DNA of 59,385 nt, filler included, from Dugesia japonica (lineage: Eukaryota), in assembly GCA_001938525.1 (NCBI GenBank). It is 5 parts of 5 records of this genome, joined end to end, with 100 filler letters (N's around TTAATTAATTAA, not from the genome) between each part and the next. Parts side by side here need not be neighbours in the genome. Positions count along the whole stretch, not along the records: positions 13,590 to 22,861 come from MQRL01591794.1; positions 22,962 to 33,490 come from MQRL01648016.1; 3 more parts are not named here. The stretch is one strand, 5' to 3'. A model generated the notes under the pieces. The model was not told the origin of the DNA, did no database searches, and was given only the letters and a program-made list of their open reading frames with translations. The translations under genes were made by a program, and so were the position numbers. Shown here one piece after another: positions 13,655-26,000 of this stretch. Within the stretch, counting starts at the first letter, position 1; the number at the start of each line of letters is the position of its first letter.

Positions 13655-16600
13655 TAATATTTTATATATCTTTAATATTGATGAAGAATTCCATTTTCTT
13701 GAAGATCGAAAAGCTTAAGTTGAATTAAATTTTTCATTACAGTTATCATTTTTATTAAAATAATTATAAATTGTTTATATTTCTATGAATTAAAAAATAA
13801 TTATGAATGAAATAATTACAACTAAACAAAATATTATGAACTAATAAATAATAATGAATTAATGGAAAAATAATTACGAAAAATATTATAAAAAATTCAT
13901 TCTGTAAAAATATAACAGCTGCAATAATTATTGTTAGAAAAATTTTCTGATAAACATTAGAATAGTAGAAAATATATAAACTAGATTTAAATAAAAGGAA
14001 ATTATTTTTCGAATTTTAACAGTAAGCTATATAATTTTCAACAAAATTCAATTTAATTTAAAAAATGGAAATGAATTATTGTTAACCATTTTTTACATGC
14101 TGTGCAGTTATAATATTTTTGAACTTCAACAGCACATCTATAGTTCTTATTAAAAGCGAAAACATATTGTTGAAAGGTTTGGTTGCACCCTGACACAGTT
14201 AGCATCATTTCATGGTAATGGTATCTCAAAATCAAAAATGTAATCTTTAATTTTTTATTTCAACAGAATCTATAGACCTATAATAATCTGATGTTATTAA
14301 TGACTTAAAGCAGACATGCTCAACTTTTATTGATCATGGGTGGGTACTATTTGGAAGATGCTGTCGATGGCCGGACAAAAATTAATGATTTAATTACGGC
14401 ATCAATTATTACTAAATATACATTTTAAACATTAAAGCTCAATAATCATGTTGTTACATGAATAGAAATACACTATATTAATTAAAATTTAAATTCAAGA
14501 TTAGTACTGTATTTTTGTATAATAAAAATATTTTAATTAAATTATAATTAATTAAATCCAATTTTATTAATTTTACCATCATACCTAAATTTTAAATCAA
14601 ATATCAATGATACCAACGTACTAATGTGACACTTGATACTTTTTGTCATAATACTGTTCAGAAATATTTGCTTTGATATTTGACGTTGCCACACAAATTT
14701 GATTTGAAAGATTTTCTTCATTTAAATTGCACTTATTTTTGCTTTTTGTGAGTTTTATTTCAGTAAAATACTGTCCATATATATAAGTACTTGAAAAATG
14801 TGACACCATTTTTAGAGCTTGACTACGAATTGATGAAAATGTTGATTGAGAAAATAAAGTTTGTCAAACTGAACCAAATATACTTCATGAAGTTTATTTG
14901 TAGGTGAAGTTCAATCGATTCCATTCGGTAATTTAAAATAGTTTAATATTACAACAATTTATTGTTTAATTTTAAAAGCTCAAGATAATTTTTGTAATTA
15001 ACAAGAAAAATCCATTTATTTGAAATTAGAATCAGAAAAATCTAAGAAAATAATTTTTATTTTTTTTGCAAATATTTAATGCTTTGATCCGTTTGTCCAT
15101 GGTCCACTTTTATTTGAATGTATGTTTTCGTTTTCTCACAGTACTCTAACAGAAATAGTCTTCTTGTTTTTTAAATTATCTAGTAATTTTTTTTAATAAT
15201 TTTCTAATAAAAATGTCATATTTATAATGTTTATTTAAATATAAAGTAATATTGTTTGAATGTTATATTATTTACATTGATTTTATGGATAATAATTAAT
15301 TCATTTTTATATGTTATGATCGTTTCAAGTAAAAATAGTTAATAAAAACGTAAGTCAATAATTTCTAGTACTCAATTCTCATTAAAAATAGTCTGTTGCC
15401 ATTTCAAAAACCAAAACCATTAAACCGACAATAACAGTTTTTAATTATGGTAAAAGAAACTAATTAATTCTGTGCCACTAGAAATATATTGACTACTACT
15501 AGAAATATTACGGGAAATAAATTGACGTTTAAATACAATATATATCCCATATTAATCTTATAATAAGCCTATTTTTAATTTTGCATTTTTGAAAATCTTT
15601 ACTTAAAGTCATTTCGATAGTCTCCATTGAGTATTTATTATAAAATTCTACTTGTGGCTTGAAATTATAAAATTATTTTCATAATATTTTTAAATTTAGT
15701 TTTATTTATATAATTCTTCAATTTAATAAATTATTTATATTGTTATTTTAATTTCCGATTCTTTATCACCAATTCTCACTGGCCTCACCGAATCTCAGCT
15801 TTATTCTTCTCGTAAAGTGCTTATTCTTCTTCAATTAGATCGACGGTACATCACTGGAGGATCCGAAAAACTCCATCGCCATCATCGTTGAGCATTAAAG
15901 GTATCAAATCGGAGATATTCTGTCATTTTCTAGGAATTAACAAAATTAGTTATCGTTCATATTTAATCACATTAAACGTAGAATGTAAATAACAGGACAA
16001 TTTAATTATAATGAAATTTTCGGTCTTTGGTCTCGTATTTTCTGATTTCTCTACTCATGGAATCAAAATGAGAGAAGATGAGAAGATTTTCCCATTTTTT
16101 CTCGTTCGACCTCTTACGGAGTTCTAACAAGAATTCCCTAATTTGATTGATAAACACTTTAAGAAAATTGGCATTATGAATATTTTGAAATTAATTAATG
16201 CTCGATTAACAGTAAAGGTTATGAGGATGTAATTCCATTAATAGAACTGGAAGAATGTCATTTAATTATCATTATGAGACTACAAAATTTTTAACTTTAA
16301 TTCAAGTGGTTTAAAAAAATCACTTTCCTAATTTCATATTGTACAAAGAAATTAATGAATTATTATTTAAAATTGTGAAAAAAAGCTAAACCATTTTTAA
16401 TTTGGAATTATATGTTTTCATAATTCATGAACTTTAAAACGAGCAAAACCATAAAATAAATCGGAAATAAATAAAGAAAAATTCAAAACAAAATCCCAGT
16501 GGCATTAAAAACTAGTGATATACGACGGAGCTTCCATTGATCAACACATTTTGAATCAACCGTTTAATTCCAAACCATAAATTTTCTAATTCTTGTTCTG

Positions 16601-16850
16601 CTTTCTGACTCTTTCATTGTAATACAGCTTATTTTTAGATTTTTGATCACAAAGCTTAAACTCTCATCTTCTAATTTTTCCGACCACAAATTTTTCTCAA
16701 CTTGATTTGGCTTTTAAATTTCAAATCTCAAATTTCTAACTCTCGCATTCGGATAATAATCATTTCTCAGCTAGGCTTGCCTTTTAAATATTTTTAAATT
16801 AAAAACTTCTTCAAAGCACCATTATCATTATAAGTAAAGAATTATTAATT

Positions 16851-17082
16851 AATAATTTCAGCCAATAGAAAGCGATTAAATTTTATATTAATCTTTTATT
16901 CGTTCTATTATCATATAATAATATAAGTGAGATAACTGTATGAATTGAAATAAATTATGTCAAAAAATAATTTCAGCCAATAGAAAGCGATTAAATTGTA
17001 TATTAATCTTTTATTCGTTCTATTAGCATATTATAATATAAGTGAGATAGTTGTATGAATTTAAATAAATTAAGTCAAAAAA
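16851..17082. repeat. Tandem duplication of a ~116-nt unit
   Basis: AATAATTTCAGCCAATAGAAAGCGATTAAATT...AAGTGAGATA...GTCAAAAA occurs twice. Confidence 0.85.
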
Positions 17083-17086
17083 AATT

Positions 17087-18622
17087 GTGAATTTGTGTAG
17101 CCAAATACAGAAGATAGTTCGAAGTTGTGAAATTTGTCAGAAGACCAAAGTAGTGACAACACNNNNNNNNNNNNNNNNNNNNNNNNNNNNNNNNNNNNNN
17201 NNNNNNNNNNNNNNNNNNNNNNNNNNNNNNNNNNNNNNNNNNNNNNNNNNNNNNNNNNNNNNNNNNNNNNNTACAGTAAATATCTGGTTCTTATACCATT
17301 GCCTAGACAAGACGAGGAAACGATACGAAAAGCTATTTTTGAAAGTTGGATATTGAGAAATTCATCAAACGGTGTGAATTATATTTTGACGCTAAGAACA
17401 TTACACAGATGAAATAACAGGATAGATTAGTCTCTGGTTTGTTAGATGATGATTTGTTGGAAGAATATGCGAAGACCTTGAAAAATGTTGACGGTTTTCA
17501 GGCTCGCTTACGTTTATTATTTGATAAAGAGAAAGATGTTATCAAAGACTTTCAAAATTTGATTAACTACAGGTGNGGAAATGAAGAGATTCAAGTTTAT
17601 TTTTAATGTAAAAGATTTAGTGAAAAGATTATTCACTAATAAAGATTTTACAGAGGATAAAATGGTAGCAAAGATGCTATTATATTGTTCAGATAACAAA
17701 AAAGTTGAAGAAAAGGTTACCTTGCGGAAACAACAGAATGTAGAAGAAATTGAAGAAACTATGGCGTTGGTTGATCGAGTAGTGAAAAATAGAGATCAAG
17801 TCGATTCAATTAGAAGTTACGAGAGAGTTACAAATCAAAATTATCAAAAACCAGTAAATCATACAGTGAATAGACATTTGGGTCGTTTAAAGATGAGCGA
17901 TGAAAGATTGCGGTGTGCAAACAATAGTACACTTGAAATTGTTGGGAAAGTTAGAACTGGAGTGATAATTGATGAAATTTGCAAAAGGTTACTAATTGGA
18001 GGAGTAGCTATGCAGAAGACCTTTGAATACAAGCTTGTAAGAAAGGTGAACAGTAAAACTAATGAAAAAGTCGAAAATTACATTTATATAATTGAAGCAA
18101 AATATGGAACATAAATTAAAAAGGGAGAGCGATTGACAATAGTTTTAAGTATTCTGAAGGTTAAAGACAATGAATGCTTATTAAAGATAATTTAAAAGAA
18201 AGATGTTTTCATGGTAGATAAATGGAATGTAAGACGCAAACATCTGATAAAATACAAAATAACTACAAGCGGTGAATCAATCAACGTTAAGTCGTTTTGA
18301 CAACTAATGCATTTAGAAGCTGAAATTGAAGAAGCTATTCAGAACCTGTTTGAAAATAATGTACTCTACTGATTTGTGTATAAAAAAAGAAAAGAAAGAT
18401 ATAAAATATGTTTGGATTTCAGGCAATTGAATGCAGTAACGAAAGGTCAAGCATTTCCGAGGTCTAATCCTGATGAAATGCTGAACAAGTTAGATGGAGC
18501 AAAATATTTAAGTTTAATAATTTTGGGAGATTCGTATTATCAGGTAGAACTCGAAGAATAATCTCAAAAAACGGACAATATTGTTTTAATAGAATTACAT
18601 TTGGCATTGCAGTGACACCAGA
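17087..18622 (+). mobile_element. Ty3/gypsy relics: integrase piece followed by deleted gag-PR-RT (same family as relic A)
   Basis: CEICQKTK and YSKYLVLIPL (IN); LRCANNSTLEIVGKV...IGGVAMQK (PR); YIYIIEAKYG, which resembles YLYNIEAKYG in relic A; ICLDFRQLN and LGDSYYQV (RT). Confidence 0.85.
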
Positions 18623-19044
18623 TTAATCCAACTCATTCAAGCCAATCCAATCTACTTCAAGGTATGACTTTATTTTATTTTAGATAATATTTAAAATATT
18701 AATATTTAGGAAAATGATTTTCGAAAGAAAAAATGGGAAAATATAAATATGTGAACATGTAGTAGTCATTTTTGGACCAAAAATATTGATTTAGTGTATA
18801 TAAAGTTCTCTTTAAAGCTACTATGAGAACGTATTTAAGTCTTTTTAGGACTGTTATGAAAAAGTATATCAGTCCTCTTTAGGTATATGAAAATAATTGC
18901 GAACGTGTACTAGTCCTCTTTAGTGCTCAAAGTTATATGTTCAAATAAGAAAATGAAACTTAAACAAAGAAAAAGGCAATACAGATGCAACAATAGTTAA
19001 TCTAAACAAAATCAAAATTTTTTATTTTATCAACAATGAATTTA

Positions 19045-19552
19045 GATTAAGTTATCGATGATATTGTTGAACAAATTGATATAAATTATTCTCATGAAAT
19101 TTGACAAACTTTTGTAGAAATAAATGAAGAAGAAAGATTTTCTGACGCTAAAATTAAGATATTTTATTTATTTATTTTTTAAAAAATGAAAAATTAAAAA
19201 ATATTCAAGAGGATTTAGAAATGGTAGGCGATGTAAAAACGGTTAAGGATGTACAAATGATAGAATACGAAATACTGATGACGAAAAATCAGCCAATACA
19301 TTTAAACAAGGTTTTATCTAATTTCAATTGAATTATATTAATTTCGTTTTAGAGTTGTTAATTAAATTATTTGAGACTACATATCCATCACTTAAAGGTA
19401 AAATGGTATATTGCTCAGCAAAAATGAAAGGTAAAATAAAACAGGTGACTGGAGTCAATATAAATGTTGTTGTTGAAATATTTAACGAATATCATAATGA
19501 AGATAATGAATGTGAAAGTTGCAATGAAAAGACGAAAGATTTGAAGAGATAA
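19045..19552 (+). pseudogene. Decayed intron-containing ORF of unknown family
   Basis: A 42-nt GT-AG intron (19311-19352) joins ...SANTFKQ to ELLIKLFETTYPSLKGKMVYC...CESC in frame. Upstream segments carry in-frame stops. Confidence 0.35.
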
Positions 19553-20139
19553 TTTATTGACTCAATTTACACTGATTGTTATAATAAAAATTGTCGTTAA
19601 TTATGTTATTAAATAAAAATTTTGTTATTTCATATCAACTTTTTATTAAACTAATGTAACAAGTCCATTTCAATTAAAGAAAAATTTTTTAAAAAATGTA
19701 AACATTAACAATAAAACATAAAGAAGAAAAAAATTAAATTCTCAAAAATTAAAACAAAAAATTAATGTTACAAAATAAAACAAAAACAAATTAAGAATAT
19801 TAAAAAAAATTAATAAACTAATAAATTAAAGCAAAAAATTAAAACAAAAAAATTAAAACAAAGTATTAATATTTAACCTGCTCTGGGAATTTTAATATTA
19901 ATTCTGCTTGGGTGAAGGTTGACATTGACCTACTAATGTTGTCATGGAAATGTCCTTGACCTACATTCAATCGACCTCGAAAACATTCACAAATCAGATT
20001 CGAGTATACGGTACTAGTGAACTTGAAAAAAATTTCTTTCCGTGATGGGGTAGTACAGTCACAACAGATTGCGAACGTAAGTCAATGGATTTTTATTCGT
20101 CCTTTGGATTTGCAACTTTTATAAAATTTCTCATATTGG

Positions 20140-20219
20140 AAAAATTTGTGGTTCCTCTTTAACATAGCCACGGCTTCCCAGAGCGCCGTGGTGCACAATT
20201 TGAGTGCTATTGGTTTAGA
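20140..20219. mobile_element. hAT-like non-autonomous element terminus
   Basis: GGTTCC...GGCTTCCCAGAGCGCCGTGGTGCACAATTTGAGTGCTATTGGTTTAG resembles Charlie/Buster-type ends. Confidence 0.4.
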
Positions 20220-20810
20220 TTAATAAAAGTATTGTGCAAATGCATGATGTTTAGATAATTATTACAGTGTATTTTTATTTTAAATTTATTTCAATTAGTT
20301 TTTTTATTTTAGTGACAAATGGGGTTTTTAATTTTAACGCGATAGTAGTAGCAAGCCTATCTTTATTTTAACAGTCGCATAAATAATATAATCTTTACAT
20401 TTTAAAATTTTGCAGCAAAAACTCATTCTTTAATGATCTCCAGAATTTAAATTTATTTGTTGAATAATAAATAAATTCATTCGATTACTGATGTCATATA
20501 ACTTCAAATTGGTAATCTAATTTGCAATTTTTCACAATTTTAACAAATAGTGTATTTTTATACAATGTCTTGATAATTATTATGCATAAGCAGACATAAA
20601 AGGTTTAAGAAAGTATTATACAATGAACCCGAATCAAGCGGTGAGAGAGTATAAAATTAACTATACTGAGGTGGATTGACAGCTCTTCTATGAAAACTAA
20701 AATAGAAAACTCGTTAATTCTTTGAAGAGTATAAAGTTTGAATTATAATACAATGACAGTAATCAATGAATTGTCTAGAAATGCATAATATGAAATTAAT
20801 TAATTGCAAA

Positions 20811-20924
20811 TTAATCAGAAGTATTGTAACGATTGTATTAATCAGAAGTATTGTAACGATTGTATTAATCAGAAGTATTGTAACGATTGTATTAATCAGA
20901 AGTATTGTAACGATTGTATTAATC
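20811..20924. repeat. 27-nt minisatellite, ~4.2 copies
   Basis: TTAATCAGAAGTATTGTAACGATTGTA x4. This explains the repetitive ORFs at 20714 and 20766. Confidence 0.95.
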
Positions 20925-21632
20925 AATAAAATTTCATTTCATAAATTGAATACTTATTGCTGCATTCATATTTCAATTTAGGAAAATTAGGAAATTTTAA
21001 ATTACAAACTAACTTGTCTTCATGATGGAGTTATACCTGATTTTGGAGTCAGATTTAAAGGTTTTATTCTCACCAAACATAAAGAGCATTGTGTTTGAAA
21101 CCCTATCAATATGAATATAAATGGAAAATGATTCCTTAAATAATTTATGAATGAAAATGGTTTTCAATGATTTCTTTTACAAAATAAATAGAATTTTCTC
21201 AAGAATTTGTAAATACTAATTTCTATGACAAGCGAAAAAATAATCAACGCGTATTTGATGAAAGAAAATGGGAAAATTATTTTAAAAACATTAAATGGCT
21301 TAAATCCTAAAACTACTATACTGTTTAAAGTTTAATAAGTTATTAATCTTATTTAGAATAAAAATGTGTGTATCTATGTGTGTGTTTGGTGTGTATTATT
21401 TTTTCTAACCATTTTTCTATAATATAATCANNNNNNNNNNNNNNNNNNNNNNNNNNNNNNNNNNNNNNNNNNNNNNNNNNNNATTATAGGCAGCCAATCA
21501 GAATACAATAATTTATTATAAGTTTAGTATGTTTTCACTTATTAAACTTTAAACAGTTTATTAGAAAATAACTAGAAGATATATTGTAAAATGGTTTAAT
21601 GTTTAATATTTTTTCCTTAAATTCCACATGAT

Positions 21633-21953
21633 TTACAGTATTTTATTATTACAAAATAATCCACTGGAATAGTTTTCATTAATTGTATTTGAAAAGTGCG
21701 ATGGCCATGGAGGCCAGAATGGTAATTTTGGCCAAACTATCGATGAGATTGGCTTGTGTACAGTCTCGGGAAACATTTTCGTCTTAGGATTCACTAGAGA
21801 TTTGAAATATGGATCTTCGTTATGAAGTAAATTATCTGTAAAATCAATTATCGGAAAATAACCAGCCTTTTCTTCAAAATCAAAATCATTCGATCTCGAA
21901 TTTGAAGACTCTCGTCGGTCCTTAGTACGTCTATTTTGAAACCATATCTTAAT
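21633..21953 (-). CDS. Homeobox gene, 3' coding exon (helix 3 plus C-terminal tail)
   Basis: TTTAG acceptor, then IKIWFQNRRTKDRRESSNSR...WPKLPFWPPWPSHF...CNNKIL* (106 codons open). A phase-0 intron before helix 3 is a common position in ANTP-class genes. Confidence 0.9.
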   Translation of the reverse strand: MKIWFQNRRTKDRRESSNSRSNDFDFEEKAGYFPIIDFTDNLLHNEDPYFKSLVNPKTKMFPETVHKPISSIVWPKLPFWPPWPSHFSNTINENYSSGLFCNNKIL

Positions 21954-22262
21954 CTAAATATAAATTATAAATTTTAATTTTTAAAACCCAATTTGAACTT
22001 TATATTTTCAATCCAAAAGTAAAATATTTTCTTTATTTTCCTTTAATTTTTTACTGAATTTTCAAAATTGGTATTATTCAAGTGGAATTTTTATTCCTCT
22101 AGTTTTCGAGTTGTATTGTTATTCACGGGATATTCAATTATGAAATCAGATTTAAGAACATTATGAAATTTTTATTTTATTTAAGTGATTTAAAAAAATT
22201 ATTTTTGTGATTTTCTACAAATTACGTAATAATAATAGAAAGTAATACATAATATAATATAT

Positions 22263-22640
22263 ATGTTTCATTTTATGAATTATGTAAATAAGGTAATAAT
22301 CAGATTGAGGACATGGCTCACTCTCCACAGTGACGCCTATTTTCACTGTCCCTGAATATAATATAATATAGAATAATAAAATACAATATAATATAATATT
22401 AAATTATTTCAATAATCGAGGAAAAATAGCAATTTTTTAATAAAACTTTGAAACGCCATTTAAATCAAAAAAAACGCCATTTGTATGACATGTTTCCACA
22501 GAATAATATTGAATAATAATAATATATTATATTATATTATAGTATATTAAGGGATGGCAAAAGTGGGCGCCATTGTGGAGAGAGTTCCATGTCATCAATC
22601 TGATTATTACATTATTTACATATGTCATAAAATGAAACAT
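22263..22640. mobile_element. Fold-back element / MITE with ~110-130-nt terminal inverted repeats
   Basis: Left ATGTTTCATTTTATGA...AATCAGATTGAGGACATGG...CTCTCCACA is mirrored by right TGTGGAGAG...CCATGTCATCAATCTGATT...TCATAAAATGAAACAT. Confidence 0.85.
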
Positions 22641-22861
22641 TTAAAACTTAAACAGAGAAACTCTTTGAAATTAAATCTTTGCAGTTGTGAACAATAAAAA
22701 ATGTATTAATTTTAAAATTAACTACTATTATTATACATACTAAAATCCTTTGATTATGATAAATTCATAACAAGTAACCAAAATTCGAAAAATAATGGAA
22801 TGCATATTTAGTGCATGCAGGCGGGCAAACTAAAATCCTCGCACCTGTACTGATTAAATAA

Positions 22862-22961
22862 NNNNNNNNNNNNNNNNNNNNNNNNNNNNNNNNNNNNNNN
22901 NNNNNTTAATTAATTAANNNNNNNNNNNNNNNNNNNNNNNNNNNNNNNNNNNNNNNNNNNN
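22862..22961. other. Artificial 100-nt contig spacer
   Basis: 44N-TTAATTAATTAA-44N. Confidence 0.95.
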
Positions 22962-22995
<34 letters not shown>

Positions 22996-23038
22996 CTAAT
23001 TATAATAATGAAAAACAATAAATAACAATAATAATAAC

Positions 23039-26000
23039 CTTTTCTTTTGAAATCTGTTTTATTGGAGATTTATTTGAAGTATGAACTGGAGAAACTGTTG
23101 CTTTTCTCTGAAGTTCCCTCAGTAACGTAGCCTCATTTTTCCAATAATCCCTATCTTCTTCAATTCCTCTCATATATTGTTCGACTTGACTTACAGTTTC
23201 TCGAGACTTAGTTCCTTTCCCATGTCGTTTATGTCTTTCTATTTCCAAAACCAATGCTCTTTCTATTACAAAAATATTATTATTAACAAATCTTAGATTT
23301 TATCAAATTACCATTGGATGTTAATTTTTCAATTCTTTGTGATAATCTTAATTTATCATCTTGTAATCGAGAAACTAACTCCTGAGAATCTTGTAAGTTA
23401 CTTTCAATCATTTTGGTTGAATGTTGAAGCTCAGAGAAATTATTCGATAATTTTAAATTATTCTAAAATATAAAAATTTATTTTATAAGATTCAAATAAC
23501 GCGGTAGTTACTATATCTATACACAACAACTGTTGCTATTTAAACGAATCAGTAAAACAAATGTTACAAAAAATTTATAATTTTCAACTAACTTGATCGC
23601 TTTTATCTTTATCAATTTGCATTTGTTTCAAATTTTTTTGCATTTTAGTAAGTTCTAATTCGGCATCAATTAATATTTGATCCTTTTCATATTTCATCGA
23701 ACGACTAAATTTTTCGATAGTTGATAAATCATGTTTTAAATGAAAATTTTCATGATCTGTTAAAAATATCAAGATTTAATTAAAATTTATTTGTTCAATA
23801 TATAATTAACTTAAAAATTTCAAGGTACTGGTACTATAAGCAAATTAAAAAGTTTGGAATAATTCATTTGTTACGGTTGTAAATTGGTCAATTAAGTATC
23901 TATAATTTTTATTTGTGAAATGTGTATTAAAATTCCTAAAAATTATTATATAATAGAAACCTATTTTTAGCATTAAAAGATAAATCCTATCTTTGTATAA
24001 ATTCAATTTTAAATGTAGATCTTGAAATGGATCAGAAAATGTATGTTTAAAATTTCTTAAGATGACCAAACAAATTAAACGGGTTCTGCTGAATAGAATT
24101 ATTCTTACTAACTAAATATTTATGCTTTCCACAGAAAATTTTTGCATTATGTCAATTGTCATTTCTTTTAATTTTATATTTTGTAACAAACTATTACTAA
24201 CAAATATTAAGTAAATTGTTTTATACAATGTCGATTTTAACATGAATCATACATGAGATAATAATTCAACTTAATTTTTATGGATGTTGTACTAAATAAC
24301 ATCCCTGATTAAACATAACTACTATTAGCTCATTAATGATGTTCATATGCTGGAAATAACAAATTTTGTATTTTAAATGGTTAGAAATAATAATGTCATG
24401 CACATGCGTATGTATATTCTTTTTACAATATTTATTTAAACAAATAATTAAGTTATAAAAATTTCTTTCATTAAATAGTATAATTTTTGGACGCTTTTTA
24501 TACTTATATTGATATTCGAGAATTAATAATTTTCAAAACTTGACAAAAGATTATAAGAGATTAAAACTTCATTATTTATTATTATTATGATATTTCCAAA
24601 TTAAATCTATGGTCTTTATTTAAAAGATTTGCTTAATTTTAAAATCGATAATTTCATAATGTTATGTTAATATAACTGATTATCATCAATGAATATTATA
24701 TTACAATTATATATTGATAATTATTAATATATATAAATTATTTATTGTAAATAATACACACAAAATCAACAGCAAATCAAAATTCACTGACAAGCAAAGC
24801 TACTATTCGAGACAGTGATTCATCAATCCAAAGAGGTTAAATATCTACCAATAAAACAAATTTATACTTTTAGTAGAGCAAACTTTAAACTATATATTGA
24901 TAAACTGTCGATTAAATTGATCAAGTTCGACTGTTTGATATTATTGTGATAAATAATCTCATGTCTACTTCCCAAAAATACATTTATGCTACAACTTTCA
25001 CATAATTTCGCTAAACACATTGACATACTCAAATATTTTATTCGTTCCTTAGTAAAATAGAAAATAAAACATTAAATATTTTCAATTTGCTCATTTTCAC
25101 TTTTGTGAATTCCAAGAATTTCATCAAAAAATTTCTCTTCAATAGCAGTATAACACTATTTTCCCGTTATTCTGTTTTCCTCTATAATGAAAGTGAAGCT
25201 AATATAGATTTAAAAAAAGTAAATATTAATTATATAAAGTAAAAGTTCTTAATTATTTAGTTTAACTACGTCTGTGGCTTAGAGCGGGAACAAGTTATTA
25301 AGTTGTTTTATACAATAAGACTAAATGTGAAAAAAATCTAAAACTTGATAAACTGTTTCTGATTAGTATTAACTTTCATTTCAATAAAACGTAACAAATA
25401 AAATAGAAAAATGCAATATTATTTTTATTTAATTGTTTAGTTGTTTCAATTGTTATTCTGATATTTTTTCAATTTGAATTCTTCTTGAAAATAATATTAG
25501 AATTCTTTGATTTTTGCTATTCTTCTACGGTTTCTTTTCCCGTTACTATAGACTAGAAAATTATATTTTTACTTTATGGAATTTAATTTTTCAGTACATT
25601 ACAAATTTTATCTTATTTCTCTTTTGTAAAATTTTCAATTGAAATATTATCTGTTTTCTTTTACTAGTCATCAAACTTTACTGGCTTTTTATATATTAGT
25701 ACTTATGAAACTAAAATTAAACCTTTATAATCAACTGAACCATCTTCTTGCGATGTTCTAATATACTCTTCTGTTTATCAATTTCTTTTTATGTACAATG
25801 CACATATATTATTTATTTATCTCTTTTCCTTTTACTTTAACTTATGTTTCTTTCTATCTAGTTTGATTATTCTTTATTGTTAATTTTCTTGTACTTGTAA
25901 ATAAATAAATAATCATTACTATTGAAGACTATGACGAAATATTGAACAATTTAGTAAAATAGTAAATAACCATTTCGATTTTCATACTTAGCAAAAATGT

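Noticed and set aside
14267-14385. Possible 3' exon (..CSTFIDHGWVLFGRCCRWPDKN*) of the protease
   Set aside because: It lies beyond a spacer, has no S1 protease motif, and has in-frame stops after the acceptor.
20670-20692. GGATTGACAG...AGCTCTT resembling 18S rRNA
   Set aside because: The match is too short and there is no flanking rRNA similarity.
20811-20924. CRISPR-like array or repeat protein ORFs
   Set aside because: Head-to-tail 27-nt units with no spacers in a eukaryotic context: a minisatellite.
20991-21098. Possible terminal exon EILNYKLTCLHDGVIPDFGVRFKGFILTKHKEHCV*
   Set aside because: It is short, has no recognisable family and has no linked exons I could support.
21633-23262. 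Apparent in-frame CEP135-homeobox fusion (phase-0 donor at 23039, phase-0 acceptor at 21953, same strand)
   Set aside because: An artificial spacer at 22862-22961 separates them, and the homeobox exon needs its own helix 1-2 exon.
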